Shown here: piece after piece, positions 40,780 to 55,003 of the stretch
Layout of the letters: every line of letters begins with the position of its first letter
Position numbering within the stretch: the first letter of the stretch is position 1
Origin: Octopus vulgaris
Lineage: Eukaryota
Assembly (NCBI GenBank): GCA_951406725.2
Contig: OX597825.1
Coordinates: 35,836,001-35,900,000 of the forward strand
Direction of reading: 5' to 3'
Length of the DNA stretch: 64,000 nucleotides
Program-made: the position numbers and the translations under genes
The notes under the pieces: model-generated
What the model was told of the DNA's origin: nothing
Database searches by the model: none
Seen by the model: the letters and a program-made list of their open reading frames with translations, nothing else

Positions 40780-41410
40780 GATAGGTATGGCCCTCGTTAC
40801 TCACTGCTCCCAAGACAATTATAGACGATGGGAACGTAGGACGCATAACAGTGGAGACATTAATGGGGCTAGCACAGAGCCATCTGTCATTCCGCCTGTT
40901 CATTTTTTGATCTTCGACAAAGTTTTTCTCATCCGAGAAGAAACAGAACTTGTTGGATTTCCCAGTTGTTTTCTCAGGATGCTTCAGTTTGTTCAGTAAG
41001 CGTTTCGACTGGATCACTTGGTTTTCCTGGATCTTATTGGTCATGAACTGCTCTCTTCTAACAACTTAAGATTTGTCTCTGATATCTCTATGCACCATAC
41101 CTCTAATCGATGACACTGATACATGCAGATGATTGGCAATGGCCGACATTGACCTGCTGGGATCTCGTTGACGATGCCCTGGACTTCCTGGACAAATTTT
41201 TCTGACGTCTATCTTTCTTTTGCTCTTTTTTAGTCACGGAAGACATTCCCGCCAAATGCTAGGAGCCCTTTTCTGATCTTCAACTCAAAGTATCCTTGCG
41301 ACATTTAAGGTTACATTATCAGAATCACTATGATTGGCGACTAAGGCGACGAGAATGGCATGCCTTCTCATCATCTGCGTGAGATTCGAAGCTTCCTTGT
41401 TATGGCTGAA
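40780..41410 (-). pseudogene. Decayed Tc1/mariner-superfamily (maT-like) transposase, N-terminal part
   Basis: ORF 40760-41044 reads FFSDEKNF..DQKMNRRNDRWL...IIVLGAVSNEGH. An inverted partial duplicate lies at about 40298-40478. Confidence 0.75.
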
Positions 41411-41789
41411 AAACAGATAATATCTAGTTAAAGTAAGATGAGGAGCTGGAAGAATCGTTAGTACGCTGGGCAAAAATGCTTAGTGGTATTTCTCCTGACT
41501 TTAGGTACTGAGTTCAAATGTCGTTGCAGATGGCTTTGCTTTCATCATTTCGGGAATTGATAAAATAAGTACCAGTTGGGCACTGAGGTCGACGTAATTG
41601 ACTTACCCGTAGCCCAAAATTTGAATTGAATATTTAGTTAAAATTTAGGTCTCTTATAGTTCTTAAAACTTTAGTTCTCAAATAACTGACGTACCCAAGT
41701 ATGTGTGTGTGTGTATAAGTGTGTATGTATTTGTGTGCGTGCGCAATGAAAAGATATTTCTGAATTTTTATAATTGGAAATTCAAACTG

Positions 41790-43080
41790 ATTCAGCCACA
41801 GTAAGAGGGTGGGTGGCATCAGTGGTCAACAATCAAAGGAGGATCTGCACAAAAGGATGGGGGGTGGGCGGAAATGACAGTGAAGCGGCGGTTAGGAATC
41901 CTCAGAGAGCTGACCACTGAGTTTGGCTTGAAACTACAGGTAGCCTTTGTGCCCCCAGAAAAGACTAAGGAAGATGTGCTAACCAGGGTGAAAAAGCCCT
42001 AGTTAGAGGCAGCAGAGGATGTACAGAATGTGATGGCTGCAGCATGTCGTCTGGAGGACTCAGAGCTGTGGAGGTTGCACAGTATATACCATATGGGTGT
42101 AGTCAGGACCCTGTTCCTGGCCAGGAAGGTGGACCCTAGTGTTACCAGGGAAAGTGTTGTGGAGCAGCGACAGATGTCAGTCTATAGACCCCGCACCAAG
42201 TGTGCATGAGGCAGGAAGGATTCATGTTGGAGAAGATTGGAAGAGGTTAGCGATAGATATGACACTATCGGGGAAGGCAGTACCTCTCAATAGTTGACTT
42301 TGAGCCGGGACAGATGGCAATATGGAATGAAATTAGGATGAGAGCTGCAGCTGAAACGAGGTCCTAAATGCGGTATTCCTGGAGAGGGGCCAGTTGATGG
42401 ACAACAGTAGTGTTTTGCTCGGCTCAGTTGAAAGAAATGCTTGACCAATGGAATACCAGATGTTTCTTCAGAGCAGCATACAGGCCTGGCAGGAGTGGGA
42501 TTGTAGAGCATCACCATCGCACAATCAAAGCCATGGCTGTGATGGTGAAGATTTCTCCATTGAAGCAGTGTTCTGGTACATGTTGCCATGGTCAGGACAG
42601 TCTGGGGAGATGGTCCCATAAAAGGCTGTGTTTAGATACGAATGGAGACATCTGAGTGTGAAACCACGACCCTTTGGGGAAGAACAGTCAGCATTTGTTC
42701 AAATTGGGGAAGTGTGGGTGAAAACCCCTGAAGCGCAATGCACAACTCAGTGGGGGAAAGGAAGGGTTACAGCAGTGAACCCTCGTAACGTGTCAGTGGA
42801 AGGAATGCTGTGTCATGTCCTAGACGTCAGAAGGGTCGTGAGCTCCTCCAGTGATGAAGAACAAAGAGGAGAGGTGACGATCCCAAAGAGAGCGTCGTCC
42901 ACCTAAGTAGTTGGAAGGCTATGAAAGGGATGTGATAGTGATTGTTAGATCAAGGGGGCATGTGGTATTGGGGTATATATATATAAGCGAACTTTTGGCT
43001 AGTTAAAATACGTTTATATTTTCACTGCATTTACTGTGAAGAAGTAATTCTCTATCATTGTAAAAAGTTGTGAAAACACC
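41790..43080 (+). mobile_element. Decayed Gypsy-type pol (RNase H and integrase), PPT and possible LTR start
   Basis: Fragments RRLGILREL..., LAIDM...YLSIVD and AYRPGRSGIVEHHHRTIK; purine tract aaggggg followed by TG near 42961. Confidence 0.72.
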
Positions 43081-43979
43081 ATATCTCTCTAGTGCTGCAC
43101 TCTATCGGATTCCTAGACGCATTTCTAGCTCTCTAGCCATTACCAATGGGAAATTGAGAAGAGAGGTAACTGTGGACAGACTCAAGACCATAGCTTTAAG
43201 TAAAACACAGTCAAAACATCGACTGAATTGCGCCATTAGACCGCTAAGTTGGAAGAAACTTGGCAGTGTCAGTGCCAAGCAGTGTTTAGGCATGAGTGAA
43301 CTTTAAGTTAGAATATGTTTGTGACATATTTCAGGACAGGTTTCTTGCTGTAAAGGAATAGCATGGCTACTCGCATTTAGAAGAGAGGATGGGAGTCATC
43401 AAGGTGGAGATGGAAAGCAATAAAAACAGTGGTGATGAGATGTCTGAGCAGTGCCTCAATATACGATGTGAGTAGAAATGAGTGTGAAGAGACGAACCGG
43501 GAGTATGGCTAAGCAGAGATTGCATGAGTGTATGGGATGGTGAGAGAGATGAAGAATGGGTGAGGGGTGAATATAAGGGATGAAGAACGAGTGTTGAGAG
43601 ATGATGAGTCAGGGAGGAAGGAAAGAGATAAGATGAAGAGATTACGTAGAGAGGGTGTAGTGAACCGTGGACATGGGATAGCGGGGATTGAGCAATAATG
43701 CATATGAGTTGGGAAGAGTAGATGACAGACAGTGTGGAAAAAGGGATTGAAAAGCAGAAGAATAAAAGGATGAGGAAGAAAAAAAGTGAAATTGCAGATG
43801 GTTGGGTAGGTTGCAGGAAAGTGGGAAAAGAGTGTTAGAAAGAGAGGCAGGTATAGTGCATGGGGTGAGATTAAGAGACATATGGTGATGGAGTAGGAGA
43901 GATAATTTGGTGGTTGAAAATGTTGATAAATGTATATGTGGCTGGTGAGAACAGGGTCGTGAGCAGAGAGATGCTCCTA

Positions 43980-44560
43980 AGATCAACCTGTCTTAAGCTC
44001 TTCTGTTATAGCCAAGAGGACTGAGGACTAAACCCTGGTGAACTCCTACCTCTACATTAAATTCATTGCTCTCATCTCATTAGTCCAGTAATTTGTTACC
44101 TCTCTAATTACTTCTAAAAGCAATTCCTTTACTTATATACCTGTCAACTATAATGCTGCTACACCAGTCATTGGGTATGGTACCTTCCTGTACAGCCTGA
44201 TTAACTATATGAGTCGCTGGGCTGTGTTCCACACCCCCACATATTTTAAGCATCTTGGCAGTAATTCCTGTCGTCATATCTTTATTTCTTTTATCCATCA
44301 TACTGTAGTCATTTTGGATAGCTGGTCTTCTTGTTAGATACACATTAGGAAGACTCTCCTTCTCCCATGTATTTTCCATATTTAGCAGCCTTTCATAGTA
44401 GCACATCTGTGCCGCTTTCTTTTCAGAGAGCACTAAGTGCTGGTGCACCACCACCCATCTGTGCACACTTCTTTCTCACATCACAATTTTCTCATATACA
44501 GTTAAGCAATCCAGAATACCTCAAGCCTTTAGTCTATAAAACATTGGCAATAGTTTTCCT
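43980..44560 (-). pseudogene. Decayed RTE ORF2 fragments
   Basis: YYERLLNMENTWEKE...IPNDW, matching the RTE copy at about 59200-59480. Confidence 0.72.
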
Positions 44561-45379
44561 TTTTGCATCTCCTGTTAAATATATATTAGGTTTAGACATA
44601 TTAACTTTGAAGACACTCTGTGAATACAGAATGCAATATTAACTTTTCGTTTTTTGTTCTAAAAGAGAAAAATTCATTGCTATTAAAATGCATAAATTTT
44701 TTACGTTAATAATCTTAATCTTTAGTTAGTTTCTCATTCAAACTACAAGAATTGTTGGAGCAAGACAGTAGGGTGTTTTGAAGGAGATTTGGCTGCTATT
44801 TCTACCAGGTCTAGCTACCATGTAGGTCTCCCTCACCTGTTTATACATACATATATACATAAAATCAAAATAAAATACTTAAAGCAACAGGCGTCAAATA
44901 CAAAAGCCAAGATCCATGCAGTGTCATGGGCCAAAAATATTTCCAACTTCTTGCCTAATGCGAGGCCTTATCTCTTACACTATTTCAGTATTACGTCTCT
45001 ATTGTAATGTTAGATACTGTCCTATATATTTATATATATATACACATTCCTTACACATTCCAAAACAAAGTTACAGATTTTGATGTATGTTTTATCAAAA
45101 GATTCAGTACTATTTCAGCTACAAATTAAACTCAATTTCCATTTCAAAAATTTACCATATTCTTTTCCATAAATCAACTATCATAAACATTTTATACGAT
45201 GACGTCACAAATTTTCTGTGTGTATCTTAAAAGATGTCAATCATTACGACACACATCTTCACTCACTCACTCTATCTCTCTTTCTCTCTCACATACACGC
45301 GCACGCACACACACACGTCCATTTCATATAGACGTACATACATCTTTCACTTTCTTTCTCTGTTCTTTTTAATTTCTCT

Positions 45380-46461
45380 TCTTTCAATTTCTGCTCTCTT
45401 CAAATAAATTTTTACGGATAGAACTGCTTACACAGCTAGGGATTAATGTATAATTTCTTTCTGTGTTCATAATTTTTTGTTTACAATATTGGAAAAAATA
45501 TACCACCAAAGAAAAGATGTAATCTTTCCAGAAACAAGTATAAAGCAAGGAGGATTGTAGAAAACTGAAGGCAAGAGTCTGAAGACAGAAGCTAGATGAG
45601 ATTTTCTCAAGATCAGCAAACGCATGTTGCAGCACTTAATGCTGGATTATTAAATCAATGTTTTAATGATTAGACAGAGTTCCAATAGAATAGCTCTCAG
45701 AAACAGACTACGTACAAATTCATTCTTCACAACTCCTGAAGCTGTTTTCAGATATGATCTATCCCATACTTATAGAAATAATAATTCTGTCCAAATTGGT
45801 GTGCTAAGTACAAATTGTCTTTTCTGTAGACCTTCAAAATTTCCCACTGAAACAAATAGTATGTGCTGCTCAGACGGTCAGGTAACATTATCAGTACTAC
45901 CAACTCCTTCTCAACCTCTTATGGATCTTCTAGAAGGAATTTCCATCCAGGCAAAAGATTTTCTGAACAATATCAGACAATACAACTCTGCAAATGACAT
46001 CGTTTGGTGCATCTAAGAAGATAGATAAACATAAATTTACTCCGACGGCAAAGTTCAAAGGCAAGTCTATCACCTCATTGGTTCCGTTACCCACAGATGA
46101 ACAACAACAGTTCCTCCAAATTTATTTTATGAGTGATGTAGGACAACAAACCAGAAGGACGTGTCAACATTTCAGATGATGGACTGTGTTAGATACAGCA
46201 CCGATTGCTGCAAAAGAGTGTATATCCATTGACAGCTTCTCGATGTGTTAAAAAAATCACATAATCCCCACAGGTTAGGGCCTGAAATACTCTAAATGGA
46301 CGCCTAGCATGTTGCTTGGTCGAATTAGCCCATCATTTACTCCACAAATGTTTTGTTGTCAATGCTGCACTTTCCCATATCACCAGTTTCAACATAACTG
46401 TAATATATTATATACAAACCATGCCATTTTAAACCCGAGCAACGCCAGGTATCTCTGCCAG
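45380..46461 (+). mobile_element. Helitron remnant with an N-terminal Rep-region fragment
   Basis: CLFC...MCCSDGQVTL...FLNNIRQYNSA / MTSFGA / QFLQIYF; Helitron-like 3' end cccgagcaacgccagg...ccag. Confidence 0.8.
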
Positions 46462-46619
46462 TATATATATATATATATACACATATATACACACACACAC
46501 ATATATATGCACACACATATATGCATATATACATGTATGTACATACATATATGAATGTAATATACATACATATATGTATATACACATACATATTTATACA
46601 TACATTTATGTATATACAC

Positions 46620-46960
46620 AGGCACAGGTATGGCTGTAAAGAAGTTTGTTTACCAGTTACTTCTGGGTTCACTCCCACTGCATGGTACCATGAGCAAAGT
46701 GCCTTCCACTACAGCCTCTGAGTGGATTTGGTAGATGGAAACTGTGAGAAGCTCGTCGTGTGTATGTGTGTACCTCACCACCACTTGACAACCAGTGTTG
46801 GTGTGTTTATATATCCGTAACTTAGTAGTTCGGTAAAAGGGACCAGTATTATACCATGCTCAAAAATAAAATAAGTACTGGGGTTGATTAGTTTGACTAA
46901 AATTCAAGGCAGTGCTCCAGCATGGCCTGTCTAATGACTAAAACAAGTAAAAGATAAAAT
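46620..46960 (+). mobile_element. SINE family A (diverged)
   Basis: Collinear with family A, tail ggcagtgctccagcatggcc...aaacaagtaaaaga. Confidence 0.8.
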
Positions 46961-47469
46961 AATATATTACATACGTGTGTGTATGTGTGGATATATATAC
47001 ACACACGTGTGTGTGTAGCCACCTTCTCCTCGACTTACAACCTATGACCACAAAAAAATAAATAAAAAATCAATTTTTAGACGTTGGGCAGCTGCATGTA
47101 TGATAACTATGGCAGCATCTGGCAACGCAGGCCTACCTCAGACCCAGGCATCCACTGCCTGCCACTGTCTTTCATGTAATTGCTTTTGAGCATCAGTTGT
47201 GATTGAATGAAAATAGTGTTGAAAAATATAAATCCGGCATTGATCTGGCAGAATTGTTAGCATATCTGGCAAAATGCTTAGGGGTCCGTCTTTATGTTTT
47301 GAGTTCAAGTTTCACCAATGTAACTCAGCCTTTCAGGATCAATAAGATAAATACCAGTCAAACACTGTTTTCCATGTACTCAAGTAGCTCCAAACCCCAA
47401 AATTAGTGGCCTTGTGTCAAAATTTGAAACCAATATTTTATGATTACAGATTTCATTATTCTTTTTTTA

Positions 47470-47853
47470 GGCGCAGGAGTGGCTGTGTGGTAAGTAGCTT
47501 GCTTACCAACCACATGGTTCCGGGTTCAGTCCCACTGTGTGACACCTTGGGCAAGTGTCTTCTACTATAGCCTCGGGCCGACCAAAGCCTTGTGAGTGGA
47601 TTTGGTAGACGGAAACTGAAAGAAGCCCTTCGTATATGTATGTGTGTGTATGTATATGTCCCCCCAGCATCATTTGACAACCGATGCTGGTATGTTTACG
47701 TCCCCGTAACTTAGCGGTTCGGCAAAAGAGACCGATAGAATAAGTACGAGGCTTCCAAAAAATAAGTCCTGGGGGTCGATTTGCTCGACTAAAGGCGGTG
47801 CTCCAGCATGACCATAGTCAAATGACTGAAACAAGTAAAAGAGAGTAAAAGAG
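47470..47853 (+). mobile_element. SINE family A
   Basis: Near-consensus full-length copy. Confidence 0.9.
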
Positions 47854-48573
47854 TATACAACCAGATCAACTTGCAACCTGTCAGTCAGAATGGAACTCGG
47901 TCGTAAGTCGAGAAGGTGTGTGTGTATATCTCTTATTATAAAAGGCAGATTTTATCTGCCTCCCTTTGGGAGTTATACAAATCTACAATATAGGATTTCT
48001 TCAATTACAATTTACCTGGCAGTTTTAAGAGTACAATGCATCGCGTCATGCCAGGTCCAGTTTTTAAAATTTAAACTCCAATTAAGCAAAATTTACAGAA
48101 AACTCACATTCTGGTGTGTGTGTCAAATGCTTTTCTTAGTCTGGTTTACACCACACGCAAACACACACACACAGTGGGCAAGGAATAAAATGAAAGTAAT
48201 TCATTTACTGTAGTGAGTGATTCTTTCACTCTGCCTCCCACTTCCTCTTTACACACATAGAAAAAACTTTTATTTTTTTACATAAGTAATGAGAGCGAAA
48301 GAGACTAAGAGAAAGCGATTGTATGACGAGGGAAGTTCCTTTGAAGTTACCGTGCATGGGACTCATTGATGTACATGTGTGTGTGTGTTTGATGGAGTGT
48401 GGGAGACAGACAGTATGTTGTGTAAGTGAAGTGCTTCTGTTAGTGTGTGTGAAGAGACAGAGAGAGTAATGTGTGAAAGAGAGAGATAACTGAAATTTTT
48501 TACTCGGTTTATGTGTATATGTATGTATGCATGTATGTGTGTGTGTGTATGTATGTGTGTGTGTATGTATGTA

Positions 48574-49418
48574 TCTATATATAAAAGAAAGGTTGTGTGT
48601 CTGTCTACTCCGATTTAGATTCCTAACTACTCCCACATTTTGCGATGCAGTTTAACCAAAACCAGGTATCTTATAGTCGTGATTCATATCGAGCCCTTCT
48701 GGGTATTAGCGCGCGTCTACGATGAGTCTATGATTTTACAAATAATTTACCATCATTTTTTTCCATTTTAATGCATATTTTTTAAAATAAACGGGAGTAA
48801 CTCTCAAACTTCACACCAATATGCGTGCTCATATGCGACGTAATATCACATCAGCAGCATTTCCTCACACCCTCCTTGCACTTGGCGAAGGCAAAATACC
48901 AGGGGATGAAAATGGTAATATTGCCATCGATTCCATTTGTACCATTGTTAAGACGCCTTCTGATCTCAGAGATGCAGTGTTCCCAGATTTACAAGCTAAT
49001 TATCAGAATATGGATTGGATTGGCAAAAAAGGTTATACTGGCCCCGAGGAATAAAACTGTTCACCATATTAATGATGAAATGCTAAAACTCATTCCTGGG
49101 GAAGTCGATGTATATCAGTCTATCGATACAACTCCTGACCCAGAGGACGTCATCAACTATCCAATAGAGGTACTCAATTCCTTTGAGCACCCCGGACTAC
49201 CACCACACTTTCTCAAACTTAAAGTTAGTGCCCCTATAATGCTCATCAGAAATTTGGTTCCCCCAAAACAATGCAATGGCACACGTTTGGCGTTAAGTCC
49301 TTATCTCCCACCGTAAGCTTATTTCAATATTTGCCTGAATAATCATCATAATTCAGTGCAATCATTAACAGTACTTTCAAGCAATTCAGCCCCGAGCAAC
49401 GCCGGGCAATTCTGCTAG
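48574..49418 (+). mobile_element. Internally deleted Helitron retaining a PIF1-like helicase fragment
   Basis: 5' TCtatatataaaag; coding remnants NMRAH, ILAPRN, YQSID, PGLPPHFLKLKVSAPIMLIRNL...CNGTRL; 3' cccgagcaacgccggg...CTAG. Confidence 0.88.
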
Positions 49419-50547
49419 TATATATATAGATAGATACATACATACATATGTACGTGCATGTGCATGTAGACATGCAAAGGCTTGAAAAATATGACATCAG
49501 CATGCTCTGTTGGATGGGTAATGTTAATGTGCAGGAACAACTGTATGCAAATGTTTTAAGAGAAAAATTGGGTTGAAGAAATTTCAGATGTAGCGTGTAA
49601 GAGTAAGAGAGGAAACTGTGCTCATATGGTCATGCAATGCATATGGGTGATGACAGCCACATAAAGAAATGCCAATCTGAAATTGTGGAGGGAACATCTG
49701 GAAGGTGTAGACCCAAGACGTAGTGGGAAAGGATCATCAGACACTGAGCCTTGCTGAAGAGATGACAAGGAACCAAGACTTCTGGTGATCCATACATACA
49801 GGTATGTCCTTTTGGCCATAACCCACCTCCAACTACATACACAATTCTGTCCTCTGGCCAAACTCACCCACAACCATCCACACCCCTAAATCCCAACCAA
49901 ACACTGCAGGTCACTCAAATTCCTCTCAACATCTCTCCTCACTCTTATGGTACACCTTCTCTATCCCATCTATGCTACTTATACCCCACCCCCTGCTCAC
50001 TGTTTTCTGTAGGTAAGCTCTCTCTCACACTCAGACTGTCTTTAACTCTCTCTTTCTCCCACCACGTCCTTATCTTACTAGGGTAGCCAAGTACCTCCTC
50101 TGTAGCAAGACTGTTCTCTCATTCTCTCTGTTTCCCTGTCCAACTAGATATGGTGACTTCTCTCAGCACCACGGAGACAGACAGTGGTGATGAGATGTCC
50201 AGGTGGCATCTCAGGTAGTAGGTATGTGGAGAGAGTAGGGGTTTGCAAGAGTATACATGTTGAGGAGATAGGGAGAGGGAGGTACATAACATGTGTAAGT
50301 TTCATTTCTTTCCAGTCTTTCCAAATCCTCTGTATTCAAGACCCATGTCTCACTACCCTGCAGCATTGCACTTCTAACACAAGCATCATATAAACTGGTT
50401 TTCAGTGGTGCTAGCTCCTTGAACTTTTTCCAAACCATCCTTACTCTGCTCTAACTACTATGGTTTCAGAGTAGTCACCTCCTTTGCTAAGTATATCTCC
50501 TAAGTAACAAAAGCTATTAACTACATCTAATGAACTGCCTGGGCATT

Positions 50548-50999
50548 AAAGCCTTTAGCATTCAGATTACTCTGCCAAATGCAGTGCTTATTTATTCATA
50601 TTGCTTTGAATTAATCATACATTATCTCACAGCTTTAAGATTTCAATGATGTGATTGTTTACTTTTAGAATGAGGTTACAGAGTAGATGAGAGAGGCTGG
50701 ATCTGGCCAGTTTGAACATAAAGCATGTTGAATATTTTGGCAGGACATGGCCAGCTTAACTACTTGCAGATGGGAAGTGGTACTGGTCACATCAAAACCT
50801 GTGTGTATGTGAGCAATGCAATGTCTTGCTCTGTGCAGAACCATGTTTTTGAATATACCACATTGAGAAGAATCTGTAAATACACTATAAAATTCCTTAT
50901 ATGAAAAATTATGCAGTTACTGAATGGCCTAATACCAATACACAGCACAGACTATCAGTACTAAATCCATTTGCAAGGGGTTAAATGCTAAAGGGTTAA
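50548..50999. mobile_element. piggyBac-like MITE (TTAA-CCCTTTAGCATT termini); relatives near 11203 and 53298-53520
   Basis: Ends cctttagcatt and aatgctaaagggTTAA; the same terminus ttaaccctttagcatt occurs at 53298. Confidence 0.6.
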
Positions 51000-51385
51000 G
51001 AGAAACAGTTTTCATTGTGCAAGTACAAACTGATCCAGTCCCATCTACCATGTACGAACCCTACATTTTTGGATAGTCTACCAGTGATTCGATTACATCT
51101 CTTGTAGCTGAAATGAAAATATATTCAAATGGGATAAAATCAAAATTCTGTTTGAGGTTGGTCATTACTTTCAGGTGTTAAATTTAATATCCAACAGAAG
51201 AACTGAAGAAAAAAGGAAAATTGAATGATGCAGGAATCTTTGATTTTGTTTACCAAGTTACACAGATTTAGATTCTCTGTGTTGTATGTATTCATTTTTT
51301 TCTTTTTTTTTCTGTAATTGTGTTTATTATGTTTTGTTCCCCTGCCCACTCCCTCCCCCATCCCTTCCTCTACAAACAATGTCTT

Positions 51386-51511
51386 TTAGGTGGTTAACAA
51401 GTCCAAAGCTTTGTCACTGTCGAGCTTGGAAGTAACTAATGCATGCTGGATCTTTGGTTTTTGAAATCCAAGTTCCACAAATTGTTGATGAAGGTGCAAG
51501 TAGCATTCCGC
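51386..51511 (-). CDS. UBAP1: UBAP1-like gene, terminal coding exon (third UBA-like repeat and stop)
   Basis: Acceptor ttttttcag; AECYLHLHQQFVELGFQKPKIQHALVTSKLDSDKALDLLTT* has the UBA (M/L)GF...AL..L pattern; phase 0. Confidence 0.8.
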   Translation of the reverse strand, partial: AECYLHLHQQFVELGFQKPKIQHALVTSKLDSDKALDLLTT

Positions 51512-51807
51512 CTGAAAAAACAAAAAAAAAAGGCAAAAGGTTATGTTTGTTGATGTGTGTATATAAACTTGAAATACATATAAATAGATGAGTGTGTGTA
51601 TTTGTATATATTAAAATAAAAAGTTGAACTCTATAGAGTCTGGTGAGCTGTTCACAAGGTTGCAGCTTTTGTGGATACGAAACCAATGGTCACTCTATGA
51701 CCAGAATTTAACTTCTTGTTTTAATACTTACTGCTCTATTTTTTAGAGTGAGCTTCTTTTCCTGATATATGTTAGATTGATAATATATATATATATATAT
51801 ATATATA

Positions 51808-52752
51808 TCAAATCAAAACAAATCAAAAATAGATGAACATCAATGGAATTTGTATCTTTGTGGTACCAGTGCCGGTGGCACACAAGAAAACCATCCGAAC
51901 GTGGCGGTAGTCAATACCACATCGACTGGCCTCCGTGCTGTGGGCACGTAACAAACACCATCCGATCGTGGCCGTTCGCCAGCCTCATCTGGCACTTGTG
52001 TCGGTGGCACATAAAAACACCATCCGAAGACCTGGCAAGACTAGTCAGGCCATAACCCGTGGTCCCTACCTGGGACGTAGTCAGGCCATAACCCGTGGCC
52101 CCTACCTGGGACGTAGTCAGGCCATAACCCGTGGCCCCTACCTGGGACGTAGTCAGGCCATAACCCGTAGCTCCTACCTGGGACGTAGTCAGTCCACCTG
52201 TGCATACCTTCCTTCTTATGACACTTGTGAAGACCTGTTGAGGCAAGTGAAAATCAAAAAAATCAAAATAGATGAACATCAATGGAATTTGTATCTTTGT
52301 GGTACCAGTGCCGGTGGCACACAAGAAAACCATCCGAACGTGGCTGTAGCCAGTACCGCATCGACTGGCCTCCGTGCTGTGGGCACGTAACAAACACCAT
52401 CCGATCGTGGCCGTTCGCCAGCCTCATCTGGCACTTGTGTCGGTGGCACATAAAAACACCATCCGAGCGTGGCCGTCTGCCAGCCTCGTCTGGCACCTGT
52501 GTCGGTGGCACATAAAAAACACCATCCGAGCGTGGCCGTTCGCCAGCCTCGTCTGGCACCTGTGTCGGTGGCACATAAAATCACCCACTACACTCTCGGA
52601 GTGGTTGGCGTTAGGAAGGGCATCCAGCTGTAGAAACACTGCCAGATCTGACTGGCCTGGTGCAGCCTTCGGGCTCCCCAGACCCCAGTTGAACCGTCCA
52701 ACCCATGCTAGCATGGAAAGCGGATGTTAAATGATGATGATGATGATGATGA
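51808..52752 (+). mobile_element. RTE 3' UTR copies with 36-bp and ~59-bp tandem modules and an (ATG)n tail
   Basis: tagtcag recurs at 52042, 52078, 52114, 52150 and 52186. About 51820-52027 duplicates about 52260-52466. The sequence is the reverse complement of 35063-35730. Confidence 0.88.
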
Positions 52753-53552
52753 TAGATAGATAGATATATATATATATATAAAATATGAATTAGAGATAAA
52801 ACCACTATTAGGCAACTCAAACAGTGATAGACATAAGCCAATACATAACTAAACAGATAATATAAATATAATTAATATAATATATAATATATATATATAT
52901 AAAATCTAAAATTTAAATTTTTTTTATTTACCAAAAAGTATAAAAAGAATGATAAATATAATATAATAAGTATATATTATATTTACTTATTATACTATAT
53001 TTATCATTCTTTTTATACTTTTTGGTAAAAAAAAAAAAATTTAAATTTAAAAGTGGGACTTAATGGGTTAAGACAATAAAACGATGCCAGTGGAGGTACA
53101 GGAGAAGGAATCAGAAATATGAAATTGGTGGAGCATGAGCCTTGTGAAGGAGGTGGATCTGACAGAACATAGTGCTGACATTCTATGAAATATGTACTGC
53201 ATAATTTTATACTGTCAATTAAACTAACAACTAAAATCATATAAATTATTACTTTTTATTTGGGTGGGGGGGTATGCTCTTTCTATTTTGAATATCATTA
53301 ACCCTTTAGCATTTAATCTGAGTATATCCAGCCCAAATATTCTACTTGTTTAATGTTAAAACAGATCAGAACCAACCTCTTACACCTACCGGACAATGTC
53401 ATTCTTAAAATATACAAACACTCTGTTGAAATCCTGAAGCTATGTGATAATACATGATTAATTCAAAACAATGTAAATAAATAAGCAATACACTTGAAAA
53501 AGAAATCTTAATGCTAAAGAATTACAGACAGTACTAATTACATACATGCAAG

Positions 53553-54770
53553 TACAAGGGTTGGCTGAATGTGACCAAATGAGATTTAATTTTCAACATA
53601 GTTCTTCTTGTTGTTCACACACTTCTTCCATGGGTGTAGCAGTGTTTGGATCCCATTGCTGAAGAAGCTTTCAACCTGCTGGTCAAACAAGTCATCAACA
53701 GCAGATATGACATCGTCACTGCGATTCTGGTTCCCAGTCAAGTGGTTTTTCATGTTGGAAAACAGATGATAGTCAGACGAGGCCAAATCAAGACAATAGG
53801 GAGGATGATCAACCAGTTCAAAGTCACAGTTACACACAGCAGCCACTGAAACCAAAGACTTGCATGCTGGAGCATTGTCCTGATGAAACAAGACAACTTT
53901 TGTCAGTCTTACCGGGCACCGGGTCTTGATAGCCTTTCATAACTGCCTCAGCAAGTTGGCATAGTACTTTCCAGTGATGGTCAATAAACACAATGTCTTT
54001 TGCATCCCAAAATACCCGAGGCCATCATGTTCGCTGTAGATGAAATAACCTTGGACTTCTTTAGAGCAGGTGTTTCCACTGCATGGATTGTCTCTTTGTC
54101 TCTGGTTCAAAGTGATCAATCTAACACCCATCCTTGGTTAGGAAACGTTCAAGGAAACCAGCTGGATCTGCCTCAATTAATGTCAGATTTTCCATGATGT
54201 GATCAGCCCGATGTGCTTTTGATCAGGCATTAGAAGATGTGGCACCCACCAAGCAGAAATCTTCTTCATGCTAAGTACATTGTGCTGAATATTCTCAACT
54301 CACTCATGGGATATGCTAATAACATTGGCGTTTTGATTTATAGTCAATTGCCCATCATCCATCACCATGTGGTGAGAAGGATAAATGTTTTCCTTGGTGG
54401 TGACAGTTGGAGGACATCCAAATGCTGGGTCATCTTCAAGACTCTCCCTTCTCCTCCTAAATTCCCTAGCCCACTTTCGCACTGTTGATAAAGCTGCAGC
54501 ATCATCCCCTAATATAGCAATCATGTCAGCATGAATGTCCTTGGGGGCTAAACCTTTTTTCTGCAGGTACTTGATAACATGACAATGCTAAATTTTGTTG
54601 ATTTTCAAGAAAAGTCACAACTAGTTACTTTTGAACAGTCAGATGTTAGTTTACCTGGAAAGAAACAATGCAATTATTAATAAGAAGAGTTGAAATTAAT
54701 GCATACAAGATTTCACAGCTCTAGTATCACTCCTTCATAGCCAGCCTTTGAACTTTTCAGTCCCCTATCC
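53553..54770 (-). mobile_element. Decayed mariner transposon (Hsmar2/irritans-like)
   Basis: Transposase remnants VRKWAREFRRRRESLEDD, FHQDNAPA and HPPYCLDLASSDYHLF, with frameshifts. Confidence 0.88.
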
Positions 54771-54901
54771 CATATAACTGTGCAGTTATGAAAATCACAT
54801 TGCATGATCAAGACTAATGACAGATGACAAAGAGCCATCAATAGATGATCAAGAACTATAATAAATGACCAAGGTTTAATGAAATGATTTGCATGTCTTA
54901 C

Positions 54902-55003
54902 TTTTTGGATATCATTTTCAAATAAATGTAAAGCATCTTCAACCAAGTGTGGATCATATCCTCCTTCTCCCAGTTTGTCAACCATACACAGATGATCAAT
55001 CAC
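54902..55003 (-). CDS. UBAP1: UBAP1-like gene, penultimate coding exon (second UBA-like repeat)
   Basis: ttttttcag / VIDHLCMVDKLGEGGYDPHLVEDALHLFENDIQK / gtaaga; 102 nt, phase 0-0. Confidence 0.82.
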
